From NCBI GenBank assembly GCA_051599415.1, contig AP039708.1, forward strand, positions 62,001 to 126,000: DNA of 64,000 bases, in the 5' to 3' direction. This DNA comes from Savitreella phatthalungensis. Taxonomy: Eukaryota. The position numbers and the translations under genes were made by a program. Positions 33,551-44,701 of this stretch are shown piece by piece; the first letter of the stretch is position 1, and every line of letters begins with the position of its first letter. The notes beneath the pieces were generated by a model. That model did not search any database. It had not been told where the DNA came from and was given only the letters and a program-made list of their open reading frames with translations.

Positions 33551-36401
33551 CTAAAGCTCTGAGTCTGCATGCAGAGACGCTGTGAGAACGACAAAGGGAC
33601 AGATTCTGCTTGGCGGTTTGACGCGCGATGACTTGAAGGGACCAATGAACCTTCTGGGAAGCGCTGTGTACACTTGATCGTAGCCTACACGGGCCTGTTG
33701 AAAGAGATCAGAGGTCTCGGTGACAGGTGCAATCTATTCGGATGCACTGTTGTAGGAAGACCGATCTGAGACTTTGACCGTGACAGGACGTGTGACAGCA
33801 GCGTTACAGACGGTATTTGTGGAGAATTCGGAAGAAATGAGTATCGCGCGTTGGGTTTGCGGCCTGTTCGAGTGTACCTTGGACCGATTGCCGAGGATGA
33901 GTTGGTAAATAAGTGAATTATTCGGTATGCGATTGTCAATGGACACGTTGAAGAGTGCGACGCGTCGACCAGCGAGCTGTCTTTCAGATCTATAGATAAG
34001 CTCAGCTGAAGAGCAGCTATGGATTGTGGTCAATGTGGATGGAGGACGTGAGAGTCTTGGAAAGGGACAAAGTGCGAGCAGGTGAGAGTGACGTGGTTTA
34101 GAGCTTAGTAGGTTTGTCCCATTGTTCCATCGACACACAATTTTTTGGTTAGTGAATGTTCTGCTGTAATCGCGTCTCCTTTGATTGACCGCGTCGAGGC
34201 GTTTTTGTGTTTCACCGATGGACAGTGCTCTGACTGTGAATACGTAGACCTTGATTGAAGTCTTGCAGGTAGCCTTGGATGTAGTGCCATGTGACTGGTT
34301 GACTACCCGCGTCCCTGCATATACCCACACATATCTGATTCCCACTGCATTTTATGGCCTGCTGTTTCAAATTCCCTTGCTTTAGCTTACTTACCCTTGG
34401 TAGATTGGCAGTTTGGCTCGATTGACTTTTGGTCTCAGATGGAGCAATTGGGTCTGATGGCTGACAGATCCATCCTTAATTTCAATTGAATCTGTGCTAG
34501 GAGAATACAGAATTCAAAGGAGTTCTGAAGCTGATCCTCGCGAAATAGATATCCTGCTGTTTCAATCAACTTGAATCAGGCCAATTTCGGACAATTTTTG
34601 ATTCTTTACAGCTGTAGCATATTTGATGAATTCGAGAAAGCTTAAATGGAAATTCAGTTTCAGTCAAAAAGTCAAGTAAATCAAGGCGAGACCAGACAAG
34701 ACGCGTCGCTTTCGTGTCTTGATCACTCTTCTCTTTGTCTCGCTTTATCTCTCTCTTCCTCTCTTAGTGTCTCTCTCTCTTTTCTTTCTCTCTTTCTTTC
34801 TCTCTTTTCTCTTATGACCTCCTTTGTCCGTTGTCACTCTGGAACATCCATCCTGTGAGTCAACCGTTGATCGGCAGGAGTAAGGTGAAGGATGCACAAA
34901 AGGATGTCTCTGCATATATCCCATACAGTTTCAGATTTCGGCCCTGAGGTAATCCTCAACAGCCGGAGTCACTCATCTTGATGAATGGTCGCAAGATTGC
35001 CGTCCACATCAGTTGAGATTCTTAGCGTGCAACTCTGATTTTGTTTCTGCATGGAGCGACTCGAGAATCCTAGATCTTTTTATCCATGATCATCATCGTA
35101 CGCTCGTTGTCCGTGTCAGCGGCCTGTATACACATGTTCTGATTTGTTCAACGATACTGGTGAAGCTTGGGCATATCATGCAAGGTGGTCACATATCAGC
35201 CGGTCGAGCCCGGCAGTCAACTACAGTGTCTCACCTGCATCCAGTCATCCGTAAGCTGAATCTGACTGTGTCTCAGAATGATACGGAAATAACGTTTCAC
35301 GTGCAACTGTGAGATAGTCTACATAGATCATTGCAGTACATGTCGAATGGATCCCAGAAGAATGATGGTGTGGACTACGACTCCAAGCGTCTGATGCACG
35401 TTGAGTTAGCGTGCTATTTGATCTGCTAGACAGGAACATCTTCTCATGCATCTATACAACAGTTCTAAGTGCGACTGAATCATTCTCGAGACGAAAGTCG
35501 GAAATATACCCAAATGGCGTCATTTTCGTCTAGAATTCGAATGATGTAAATCATTTACTGCAGTCCGGCGATTGACTAATTGCAATGCCACTGCAGATGT
35601 CATTGCGATTTGTTCAAAAATGACCGACTCGATCCCGTGCATGCTTGCTTTACTGTCATGATGCAAGCGGTGGTACAGATATATGACCATGATGAACATC
35701 CAGGTGAACTGACTCTTGTGGGTTAACTTAAACGAATTCTATGGTTGACGATCGAGTCATGATGTAAAGAGAATTAATTGGGTATAGTAAATCCTTGGAC
35801 TGAAATCCAAATTAATATGACACATGCTTCTACGCTTGATCTACTCAATATAAGTTATATTTCTCGAATACTCGGGATATGATCTACATAATTGATTGCA
35901 ATTGGTCATGGACAAAAGTTCGACTCGCTGTTATACCTGAAATTGAATCTTTGTCGAAGCATTGGGGTCATGTGCTCTTCAGCAGAGAGAGCTCTATCGG
36001 GCTAATTTGGGTCATGGTTTATCAGGCTGGGGAGACTACATTGGGTGAAGCAGAGTAAAGGAAAGCAAAGCAGAGTAAGGCAAAGAGTATAGAGCAGAGG
36101 CTGTTGGAGGAGGGTGGATGGGAGTAGGAGTGGAGTATACTCACCCCATCTGCGAAGCACGCGACATGGCACATGCATCTGCAATCAACCACACCATCCA
36201 CCACCACAACACAGAAGCTTCCCCCAGACAACCCCTCGCACAATCAAACTTCACCCTTCAACCACTCTCTGTCCCCACACTCACAAGCGTCGCTCTCACT
36301 TCAGCAGAAGTCTTCTAAATTCCTTTGGGTGGCCACGCACAGCAGACCTAGTCTCAAATCACGGAACAAGGTCAACCGTCCAAAGTCGTATCCACAGGTG
36401 G

Positions 36402-37286
36402 ATGAACACATTCTCGCCCGCAGCAAGGGCAGTCGCACACCACTCTTCTCGTTCAACCACCTCAGCCGCATCCGCCCATCACAATCATCATCACGGACGT
36501 ATGGCAGCAGCTGTCGCAATCGCATCACCAACACTGTCCCCGATCGCGGGCGCACAGCCTACATCGCCAAGCTACTTTGATGACCATCACACCGCCAGAC
36601 ATCATGCGAATGCGCGTCACCGACCGCGTTCTCGCAGGGACCGAAATAGCAACAGTCATGGCCATGCTGGCAGTGGCGCAACGTCGAGCGCATCGGGCTG
36701 GCCTGCACTCGATCCGCCAAACCTCATGCTAGGTGCGTCACGTGCACCACTCTCAGCCACCGTTGACCGGCGTCACAACCGCGCTTCACAGACAGACACT
36801 CCCGCGGCCTCAGCGACATTGAAATCTCCACGCCGTAGACCCCCGCAGTCTCAGCGCAAGCTCCTCGGCAGCAACCCACAGCACCTGATCTACTCGCCTG
36901 CGTCACCACAGCTGATCGCTGCACAGTCGCCGTCGATTCCCTGCACACCGCTCGTTTTGGATCCATCGTCGGACCCTTTCGCACTTGCTCCAACAGAGGC
37001 AGGCGTCAGCGGGGGCATCAACGCTGGGCTTGGCATCGGTGGGCCGCTCTCTGCCTTCTCCGTCGCAGCTGCGCTCCACAACTCAGTCGCTGCAGCGGGA
37101 CGCTCAGGCCAAGCTGTCTCCCCACGCATGGTCGGTGCAGCTTTGGCTTCCATGAGAGCTCAACAGCAACAACAACAGCAGCAGCACTCAAATCCGGGCG
37201 CAAGGAGACTCTACTCTTCAGTCGCAGCATCAGGATCGTCAGCGAGCGTGCCACCCCCCACCCATGACATCCCGCCAGCTGCATAG
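36402..37286 (+). CDS. Hypothetical low-complexity protein (Ser/Pro/Ala/His-rich); start uncertain (36118 region to 36402)
   Basis: Long ORF with coding-like composition from MNTFSPAARA. It contains SPQLIAAQSPSIPCTPLVL, which recalls an SP..SP.P.TPL.L motif of fungal hypothetical proteins. Confidence 0.55.
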   Translation: MNTFSPAARAVAHHSSRSTTSAASAHHNHHHGRMAAAVAIASPTLSPIAGAQPTSPSYFDDHHTARHHANARHRPRSRRDRNSNSHGHAGSGATSSASGWPALDPPNLMLGASRAPLSATVDRRHNRASQTDTPAASATLKSPRRRPPQSQRKLLGSNPQHLIYSPASPQLIAAQSPSIPCTPLVLDPSSDPFALAPTEAGVSGGINAGLGIGGPLSAFSVAAALHNSVAAAGRSGQAVSPRMVGAALASMRAQQQQQQQQHSNPGARRLYSSVAASGSSASVPPPTHDIPPAA

Positions 37287-37487
37287 CCCACTACTCTTCC
37301 TTACACAAACACAATTTCCCCACATAATGACATGATATGACAAATCTGGATTGACAAGAAGAAGTACCTTACTCTGCATCACTGCCTACATACACCTGAA
37401 ACACTATCGCGTCAATCGACACTGCCAAGACTGGTCACTTTGTCTTTGATCGTCACTGCCGAGATAGTGTTTCGCTTTGTTTCTTTT

Positions 37488-38405
37488 TTAGTGTGGGATT
37501 GGTAGTCCGGAGATCGGGTCGAGTCCGGCGAGGGCTAGCCTGAGGGTGGACTCTCCGAGGATGAGTCCCTCTGGAACTGGTTCTCCCGTTGCGGCGTTGA
37601 GGGCAAAGATCATGGCGCCGAGTGAGAAGAGGGAGGTCTGGCCTGCAGGCTTTGTCCAACCCAACTCGTACGGCAGCCTCTCCTTCTCGAACAAGCTCCT
37701 CACATACGACACCTTCGCAACACCCGTACTCGGATCACCCATCGTGCTCAAGTACAGCGCAGTCTCACCGTACGACAGCACAAACTGCAGTGGCGTGTAC
37801 GTGAACGTGGGATTCTTCTTGGCCTGCGTCTTGACGCGGTTGTACCTTGCAGGTCCAGCGTTGCTGTAGTTGAAGACGGCGTTCGGATCAGCTCCGTTGC
37901 CCGGCACGTAGGCGAGCACGGTCTGCCAGGTAGCGTTGTTGAAGGCGTAGTTGTTGCCCTCGTAGAAATCGAGCCGGGAGAGCGAGGCGTCATGCTCGAT
38001 CGGGAAGTTGTGGTGGTCCAAATCCTGGAGCGTGAACGTCGTCGTCCCTGGCGACGACAGCGATCCAAATCCACCGATCGTGATGCTGAAATCAGGCGAA
38101 ACGTTCAACCCATCACTCAAACCCTTCACCAGCACATCCACAGTCAGCCCGCGCCCGTCGTGTGGCAGGAAATTGTGATTCGCCAACGCGTTCAGCCCAG
38201 GGCACGGAGACCGCAGATCGTTCGGTCCAGGCGCAACGTACTTGTGCCCAGCAGGAGCAACCCCGCCAGAAGACGAACCCGTCGAAGAACTCGTCGCTGA
38301 ATCAACCGATCGGGCCACATCACGCACACCTAGCCGCGAACCCATGTTGGGAAACGCATCTGCAACTCCAAGTCCAAGGACTACCGTCAGTCCGAAGGTC
38401 AGCAT
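37488..38405 (-). CDS. Heme-thiolate peroxidase (short unspecific peroxygenase/chloroperoxidase-like), secreted
   Basis: Signal peptide; RSPCPGLNALANHNFLPHDGR (PCP heme ligand); EHDASLSRLD; acid-base SYGETA. Confidence 0.94.
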   Translation of the reverse strand: MLTFGLTVVLGLGVADAFPNMGSRLGVRDVARSVDSATSSSTGSSSGGVAPAGHKYVAPGPNDLRSPCPGLNALANHNFLPHDGRGLTVDVLVKGLSDGLNVSPDFSITIGGFGSLSSPGTTTFTLQDLDHHNFPIEHDASLSRLDFYEGNNYAFNNATWQTVLAYVPGNGADPNAVFNYSNAGPARYNRVKTQAKKNPTFTYTPLQFVLSYGETALYLSTMGDPSTGVAKVSYVRSLFEKERLPYELGWTKPAGQTSLFSLGAMIFALNAATGEPVPEGLILGESTLRLALAGLDPISGLPIPH

Positions 38406-39159
38406 TGTGTTCGTAGTGTGTATGGGATGTGTTGGTGACTGGGGGTTTAGCGTGATATATATCGGGGATAACGTTGCTATGGGACAAGGTAGAGTAGTCC
38501 GTCACGGAGATTGGGGGAAGAAAACGTGTGTCTGTGCCAACTCGGCCACTCTTTCCCAATCCATCATGGATGGCATTCGTAGGCAGCTCCTCTCAAAGGC
38601 AAGCTAGTATGGTGACCGCGGATGTGGCGACCACGACACCAAGAAATCAAGGGAGGCTGCATGAAAATCGGGGGAGCCGCTTTCGACAGTTCTCAGACTG
38701 TGGTCCTGATTTCACAAAAAGTCCTGTCAGAATGTTCAATTGGCCCCAAGTCAACCATTTTACCCGAGAATTACACCAAGTGATCGACCGGTGTGGCTTG
38801 AAGTCAACGTTTCTTGTCCGAGCGAATCACAATGCTTGCAATGGTAAAAGGATTTCGCTGCAGTTCCGGGCCAGGTGGTGAGAGAGAAATAGCTCTCTAT
38901 TGTGCAAGGGTGGAGATTCGAGATCCTGACTTGTGAGATGTGCATATGCATGACAGCGGAAACGCACGTTGTATGCGAAGCATGTAGCAGGTGACCTGTC
39001 AGAACGGTCAAATGTCAAAAGCAATCTATCCTCAGCATCAGACGGGAGTCCGGAGCATGCATGAATGATCGCTTGCCATGTACAGAACTGGGGACATATA
39101 CACACTTTCTATCACTTATAACATATACACGTGCATCCTGAGCACTCCTGACTTGGTCA

Positions 39160-40365
39160 TCAGCACAAGGAGATATGGTCCGCCCAGTGTCGAAGGACGT
39201 CATGACCTTCCTTGAATCGGTCAGATTCCTTGTTGCGTGAGATGATGGCGTTGTGAGAGAGCTGAGTTCGTCTGATGTGGACCTGAAATCTGTTCCACTT
39301 GAGACTGTCGAGGTTGCGAATCATCCGCCGGGTCGACTCGCTCAAATCGAGCTTACCGAAGGTCGTCTTCTTTGTGGGATGACCATCGGTTTCGCTGCCG
39401 AGTGCCGTGACGCTTGAAGTCGCGCTCGTTGGGTCGTCAATACCGACCGCTGCAACTGCTTCTTCCAGCATCTCCTGTGCGAACAAACGGTCCGAGGTAT
39501 CCGGGTGCTCTTTCCGGTGTGATCGAATTCGCCAAGCACTCTTGATATTCGACACCGCCGCAGACACAAAGTAGACCGCGAGCCAGAGAGGCAGCCCTGC
39601 GATCAGCACTGTGCGGAAGATGAACTCTCGTGTCGATACGGAGTACTTGTAGATCTCCGCTTCCTCTCCCTCTGCCAGGATCTCGAACGGTGCAGCTGGA
39701 TCGAGGACCACGCCGCCGTACTTGTCCAGCCGCCGAAGTCGGAGCTTGTCCATGTGAGCGTAAGGATCTGCAGGAGATATGCTGGCAGTATAGTATCGCA
39801 CCAATCTGTCGTGGACGATGTTGGCATAGCAGGTGCGAGTCTCGAACACCGCTAGACCTTTCATGAATGCGCTGTCCGGCTCTGTCATGAGTTCCAATAG
39901 CGGGCGGCGTCTGACAAGGCCGTCGGTCATGAAGAGGTGTGCACCTGTGACGCTGATCGATCGCGGGCCGAGACTCGACAACACCCATGCCAAAACACCC
40001 GATGAGGCCGGATGCACGCCAACGTGCGGGGTAGCAAACGTTGTGAACGCCTTTGCTTGGACCTTCTCAAATAGCCCAGCGTCGTATAAAACACCGATAG
40101 CGTACCGCAATGCAAGCCCACCGAGCGAGTATCCGACAAACGAGATCTGCCTGATCCCGGGCTCCTTTGTGATATACTCATTCACCTCTGCCGCTACACG
40201 CTCACCAAGCACATCCAGCCCATCGTACGTGTGATTGCCATCGGAGCGCTTGCACATCAGGATGTGAATACCAGGGTTGTTGTCCCTGATCGACTTTTCC
40301 ACGCACCACAAGTGTGATCCATTGCCCCAGAGACCGGCATGCAAAACGACAAGGCAGTCTGACAT
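39160..40365 (-). CDS. DUF676 putative lipase/serine esterase (Rog1/Lpl1-like)
   Basis: LVVLHAGLWGN, TYDGLDVLGER, nucleophile elbow GYSLGG, FATPHVG and YANIVHDRLVRYYTASI. Confidence 0.9.
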   Translation of the reverse strand: MSDCLVVLHAGLWGNGSHLWCVEKSIRDNNPGIHILMCKRSDGNHTYDGLDVLGERVAAEVNEYITKEPGIRQISFVGYSLGGLALRYAIGVLYDAGLFEKVQAKAFTTFATPHVGVHPASSGVLAWVLSSLGPRSISVTGAHLFMTDGLVRRRPLLELMTEPDSAFMKGLAVFETRTCYANIVHDRLVRYYTASISPADPYAHMDKLRLRRLDKYGGVVLDPAAPFEILAEGEEAEIYKYSVSTREFIFRTVLIAGLPLWLAVYFVSAAVSNIKSAWRIRSHRKEHPDTSDRLFAQEMLEEAVAAVGIDDPTSATSSVTALGSETDGHPTKKTTFGKLDLSESTRRMIRNLDSLKWNRFQVHIRRTQLSHNAIISRNKESDRFKEGHDVLRHWADHISLC

Positions 40366-41111
40366 GAAGACCTCTACCTCACAGGGCGTTGTGCGACAGC
40401 GATTGAGTGGTTACAGCTGACAAGTAGACGCGCTTTCCAATGATGGCGATGATGATGCTTCTGCCTGGCTTGTAGGTCGTAGTATTTACCGAGCACAAGA
40501 GAAGCTCACTCGGAGTATTTGTACGAGGGCTCGTTCGTGGAGAATGCCTGTGACAGAGTGGAGACGTCACGCACGAGTCACGAGTGACAAATTGACAAAT
40601 TATTGATCTTAGAATTGCAGATTACAGAGAACTGAATTGTCATTAGATCGGAAGTGATTCTCATTGGCGGACAATCTAGGTCGCAGATAGATTGTATTTT
40701 CGTTTTGTATAGATTACATCTGGATCTCAGATAGATTGCATTGAGTTTCAGCTAGATTGAAGCATCTCCTGAACAATTCACCAGCATTGCACTACTGAAG
40801 CCAGTCTAATGCAAATGTGTAAATGTGCATCTGAATCTGGATCTAGATCTAGATCTGGATCCCTCTTCAGGTTCAAGCCACATACACGTGAACCTCTGCC
40901 CATTTACGCCACGTCTTCATCCTCAGTCACGTGCATATTCACCCCCACGCACTCACAGTGCACACTCATACACCCAACCACTACTACTACAACTAACAGC
41001 TTACGCCCAGCACCAGCCAGCTGTCATCCCTGTCCGTGCTCTCCTCATCGTCGGTCTTGCTCTTCTTCCCACGCTGTGGCTTGTCGGCCATCGCCACTGA
41101 CCCTGCCAGCT

Positions 41112-43265
41112 ATGACCGAGTACGTGTCGCTCGGCGCAACCGTCAAAGACGGCTTCAAACCAGCAGATAACTGGGTTTCGAATGGTATCAAGTGGCTCGA
41201 TGACATTCAGGAATTCTACCGAGAGCGTGTCACGCTTGAGAAAGAGTTCGGTACGAAGCTTCAGCAGCTCGCGAAGAAATATCAAGAGAAGCGCATCAAG
41301 CGAACCTCCGCGCTCAGCGTGGGCGACAACCCGGCCATGACACCCGGATCACTCGAAAACGCAAGTATGACCACGTGGGCAAAGATGCTTGACGATACAA
41401 AGGAGATCGGATCGGAGCGAGTTGCACTCAGTGAAGAGCTGCGACTACATGTAGCTGAAGCCACCAAAGCCCTCGGCCTCAAGAGTGAGGACTTCCGTAA
41501 ACGCCACGAGATCCTCAACGGCAAGCTGATTGACCTGCGCGACAAGACGTATGGCGATCTTCGTCATCAGCAGAAAAAGTACTACGACGTCTGTGGGGTG
41601 CTTGAGAAGTCTCGTCAATCTGGCAAGCAGAAGAATATCGAACGGACCACGATCGACATGAACAACGCCAAGAACTCTTACATTGTCGCCATCAACTGTG
41701 CCAACGGGCATAAACGCAAGTACTTTCACGATGATGTGCCAATGATTCTCGACTCCTTGCAGGATCTCAACCAGGTGCGTGTGCAGAAACTCGACCTGAT
41801 CTGGCGCAAGGCTACCGAACTCGAGCGCAACTGTCTCGCCCGGCAATCGCAGCACCTGCAATCGAGCGACGATGCCGTTGTACGGAATCTTCCACAACTT
41901 GACACCAACATGTTCATCCAGCATAACTCTCCCAATTGGGTAGAGCCGAATGACTTTGGATTCGAGCCATGTCCGATTTGGCACGACGTGGCAGAGCTTG
42001 CCGCCGACGAGCCTTCTCGCATCTACTTGCAGAACAACCTGACAAAAGCCAGGAGAGAACTGGCGGAGTGCAAAGCCTTTGTCGACAACAAACGTCGCGA
42101 AATCGCTGGGCTCGAGCGTGTTAAGCAGCAGTACGTGGACAATCCCACCGCTGGTCCTGTCGAGGACGTCCTCAACAGCTTGCTGTACGCCAAGACGGAT
42201 CTCGTTGCACAGGACAACCGGCGGAACGTGCTCGAGTTCGAGGTCGCGACTGTGACCCAGGTGCTTGGCAACATCGATGCAGGCACGACGCCGCATGAAT
42301 TCAAATCGACGACATTCGCCATTCCAACCACGTGTGACCTTTGCCACCATTCCATCTGGGGCATCAACTCGAAGGGTGTCAAATGTAAATTATGTGCCTA
42401 CGCTGCACACAAAAGCTGTCAGATGAAAGTGCCGGCCAACTGTACACAGGTCAAGGGGGAGAAGAAGGGCGGCGGCGGAGGCGGAGCCGGAAGCGATGGT
42501 GTGAGTCTCGGCAGAACTGACACGGCCGGCAGCAATGCTGACTCGATCTATGGCGTCGGAAGGGGTCGACCTTCTGCAGGCGGTGACAGCGATGACGAAG
42601 ATGGTGCCTCCCAACATAGCGGCAAGTCGAAATCACACCGCGGCGGACTTTTCGGACTCGGCCGGAAAGCTTCAGGTAAGGGCTCAGCACCGACTTCATC
42701 ATCACCAGCCGCAGCTGCAGCTGTCTCCACACCAGTTCTGTACGACTACACGCCTGCAAGCGCAGGCGAGGTGGCCATCAAGCAAGGTCAATCGGTCACC
42801 GTGCTCGAGGGCGACGATGGTCAGGGCTGGATCAAGGTACGTACCACAGGAGGTGCTGTGGGTCTGGTCCCTGGCGGCTACGTCCAGGATCCACAACCCA
42901 AAGCCAGCACCATCTCCACCCCCGTCCGACCTTCCGGTGTCCGAAATTCGCGGACGAGTTCAATGACGAGCATGTCATCTGCTAATCAAGCTACGGCGGG
43001 CGGCAAGAAGGCAGGCCCGCCTGTAGCGGCCAAACGCGGGACCGGTACCGCAAACGGTGGCACACCCACCTCAGCAGCCGCAGCACGTGCGCAGAGGCAA
43101 GTCCGAGTCCTGTATGACTACGACGCAGCCACCGCCGAAGAGCTGTCCCTCCGCGTCGGCCAGGTCCTAGTACTCCTTCAAGACGAGCAAGGTGATGGGT
43201 GGGCAAAAGGAGAACTAAGCGGTCGAACGGGCATCTTCCCACAGGCGTACACGGAGAAGGTTTAG
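41112..43265 (+). CDS. BZZ1: F-BAR/C1/tandem-SH3 endocytic protein Bzz1
   Basis: FCH motif FYRERVTLEKEF, SVGDNPAMTPGSLE, C1 domain HEFKSTTFAIPTTCDLC...HKSCQMKVPANC and two SH3 domains; ATG at 41112. Confidence 0.94.
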   Translation: MTEYVSLGATVKDGFKPADNWVSNGIKWLDDIQEFYRERVTLEKEFGTKLQQLAKKYQEKRIKRTSALSVGDNPAMTPGSLENASMTTWAKMLDDTKEIGSERVALSEELRLHVAEATKALGLKSEDFRKRHEILNGKLIDLRDKTYGDLRHQQKKYYDVCGVLEKSRQSGKQKNIERTTIDMNNAKNSYIVAINCANGHKRKYFHDDVPMILDSLQDLNQVRVQKLDLIWRKATELERNCLARQSQHLQSSDDAVVRNLPQLDTNMFIQHNSPNWVEPNDFGFEPCPIWHDVAELAADEPSRIYLQNNLTKARRELAECKAFVDNKRREIAGLERVKQQYVDNPTAGPVEDVLNSLLYAKTDLVAQDNRRNVLEFEVATVTQVLGNIDAGTTPHEFKSTTFAIPTTCDLCHHSIWGINSKGVKCKLCAYAAHKSCQMKVPANCTQVKGEKKGGGGGGAGSDGVSLGRTDTAGSNADSIYGVGRGRPSAGGDSDDEDGASQHSGKSKSHRGGLFGLGRKASGKGSAPTSSSPAAAAAVSTPVLYDYTPASAGEVAIKQGQSVTVLEGDDGQGWIKVRTTGGAVGLVPGGYVQDPQPKASTISTPVRPSGVRNSRTSSMTSMSSANQATAGGKKAGPPVAAKRGTGTANGGTPTSAAAARAQRQVRVLYDYDAATAEELSLRVGQVLVLLQDEQGDGWAKGELSGRTGIFPQAYTEKV

Positions 43266-43407
43266 TTTGGCGCCTTCTTCTCTGGGAGAACGATCGATCG
43301 TCAGTCTCGTTGTAATTGTAGTTGGACTCCTGTCGCATGCCAGACCGAGCCTTCAAACAGCATGTAATACATACAAAGAAAACTTAACCCGCATATCTCT
43401 CCGCTCT

Positions 43408-43719
43408 TCAGTGCCGTCTACCGGCTCGCTCGACCCGATGTTTCTGGGCGACTGCAAGTCCATAGAACACCCCAGCCACCACCACAACCACCACCACCAA
43501 CACCGCCACCCTGAGCGGCGATCCCCAGAACGCCTTTGAGAACAATGCTGTCCGAGCCTCCCTCCGACGCTGCCGCTTCTCCAATCTCGCAATCCGTCGC
43601 TTCTCCAACGGACTCTTATCGCGCCATGCATCCGAAGCTGCCAACTCAGCCTGTCGATCAACGTGCTGCGTACCACCGAGACCGCCAACTTGATCTTTCC
43701 GACGTCGTAGCGATGACAT
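43408..43719 (-). CDS. Small basic protein with one C-proximal transmembrane helix (hypothetical)
   Basis: 103 aa ATG-initiated ORF filling the BZZ1-GPX gap; charged N-terminus, then LRVAVLVVVVVVVAGVFYGLAVA and a short basic tail. Confidence 0.5.
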   Translation of the reverse strand: MSSLRRRKDQVGGLGGTQHVDRQAELAASDAWRDKSPLEKRRIARLEKRQRRREARTALFSKAFWGSPLRVAVLVVVVVVVAGVFYGLAVAQKHRVERAGRRH

Positions 43720-44020
43720 GGTCTAGGGCGTGCGCGCGTGTCGTGTCGATCACGCATTCAAAATTATCAATTGTCACGTCACCTCACTTTCCAAATAATA
43801 ATGGATATCAGGCGTTCGTGAGCAACCGTTCATGTCACCCCGACGGAAATGTTCACACTCGAGACGCACGTTGTTCTTACAATCATAATCACGGGATGAT
43901 CACGCGATTTGGAGAAGTGTAGTGAGTGGATCGGTAGTGATACAATTGGGGGATCTAGGGTGTCTACGGGTCTCCTGTAACGAATGGCTGAATGCGAGTG
44001 TGAGAAGGATTTCAAGAGAT

Positions 44021-44701
44021 TTAGATCTTGGGGGCTTCGGCGTCGTCATCTGCTGGGATGTGTGGTGTGCTAGGTGGTTGAGCGAGCAGTTTCTCGATAT
44101 CTGCCTCGATCGACTCTGGCTTTGTGAGGGAGGAGTAGCGTGCGTAGACCTTGCCGTTCCTGTCGCAGAGGAACTTCTCAAAGTTCCACTTGATCCGCGT
44201 GAGACCCAGCAGCCCGGGCTTCTCCTCCTTCAGGTATCGGAAGACAGGGTGGGTGTCGTCACCGTTGACGTCGATCTTGTCCATCACGGGAAAGCTGACA
44301 CCGTAGTTGAGCTGGCAGAACGAGGTGATGTCGTCGTTGCTCCCAGGGTCCTGCCCGCCAAACTGGTTGCATGGAAATCCGACCACCGCAAGACCACGGT
44401 CCTTGAACTTCTGGTGGACAGCTTCCAGACCAGCAAACTGAGGCGTGAATCCACACTGGGAAGCAGTGTTGACTACAAGTACAACCTGACCACGCAAGCT
44501 CGACATGTCATACTCCCCACGCTTCCACGTCGGCTTGAAGTCGTAGATCGTCGTACCCTTGGCAGACGCCAGCGACGATGCTTTACTGCCGCGACGCATA
44601 TCGATTGGTGTAGAGAGAGGGATAGAGCGGGGTGGTAGAGAGGTGATGAAAGATCGGTTGATACAGTGACGAGACGAGTTGTACAGAGCACGTCGAGACA
44701 T
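44021..44701 (-). CDS. HYR1: Glutathione peroxidase-like peroxiredoxin (Hyr1/Gpx3 type) with N-terminal presequence
   Basis: VVNTASQCGFTPQF (Cys, not Sec), GFPCNQFGGQDPG and IKWNFEKFL; Arg/Ser-rich extension. Confidence 0.95.
   Translation of the reverse strand: MSRRALYNSSRHCINRSFITSLPPRSIPLSTPIDMRRGSKASSLASAKGTTIYDFKPTWKRGEYDMSSLRGQVVLVVNTASQCGFTPQFAGLEAVHQKFKDRGLAVVGFPCNQFGGQDPGSNDDITSFCQLNYGVSFPVMDKIDVNGDDTHPVFRYLKEEKPGLLGLTRIKWNFEKFLCDRNGKVYARYSSLTKPESIEADIEKLLAQPPSTPHIPADDDAEAPKI

Noticed and set aside
33734..34345. 203-aa minus-strand ORF upstream of the LIM gene
   Set aside because: Non-ATG start, no recognisable motif and non-coding-like composition; probably promoter or 5' UTR
40809..41111. 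101-aa N-terminal extension of BZZ1 in the ORF track
   Set aside because: Low-complexity CA-rich leader; family-like sequence begins at the ATG at 41112
44021..44701. Possible selenocysteine GPX
   Set aside because: The active-site codon is TGT (Cys) and there is no in-frame TGA
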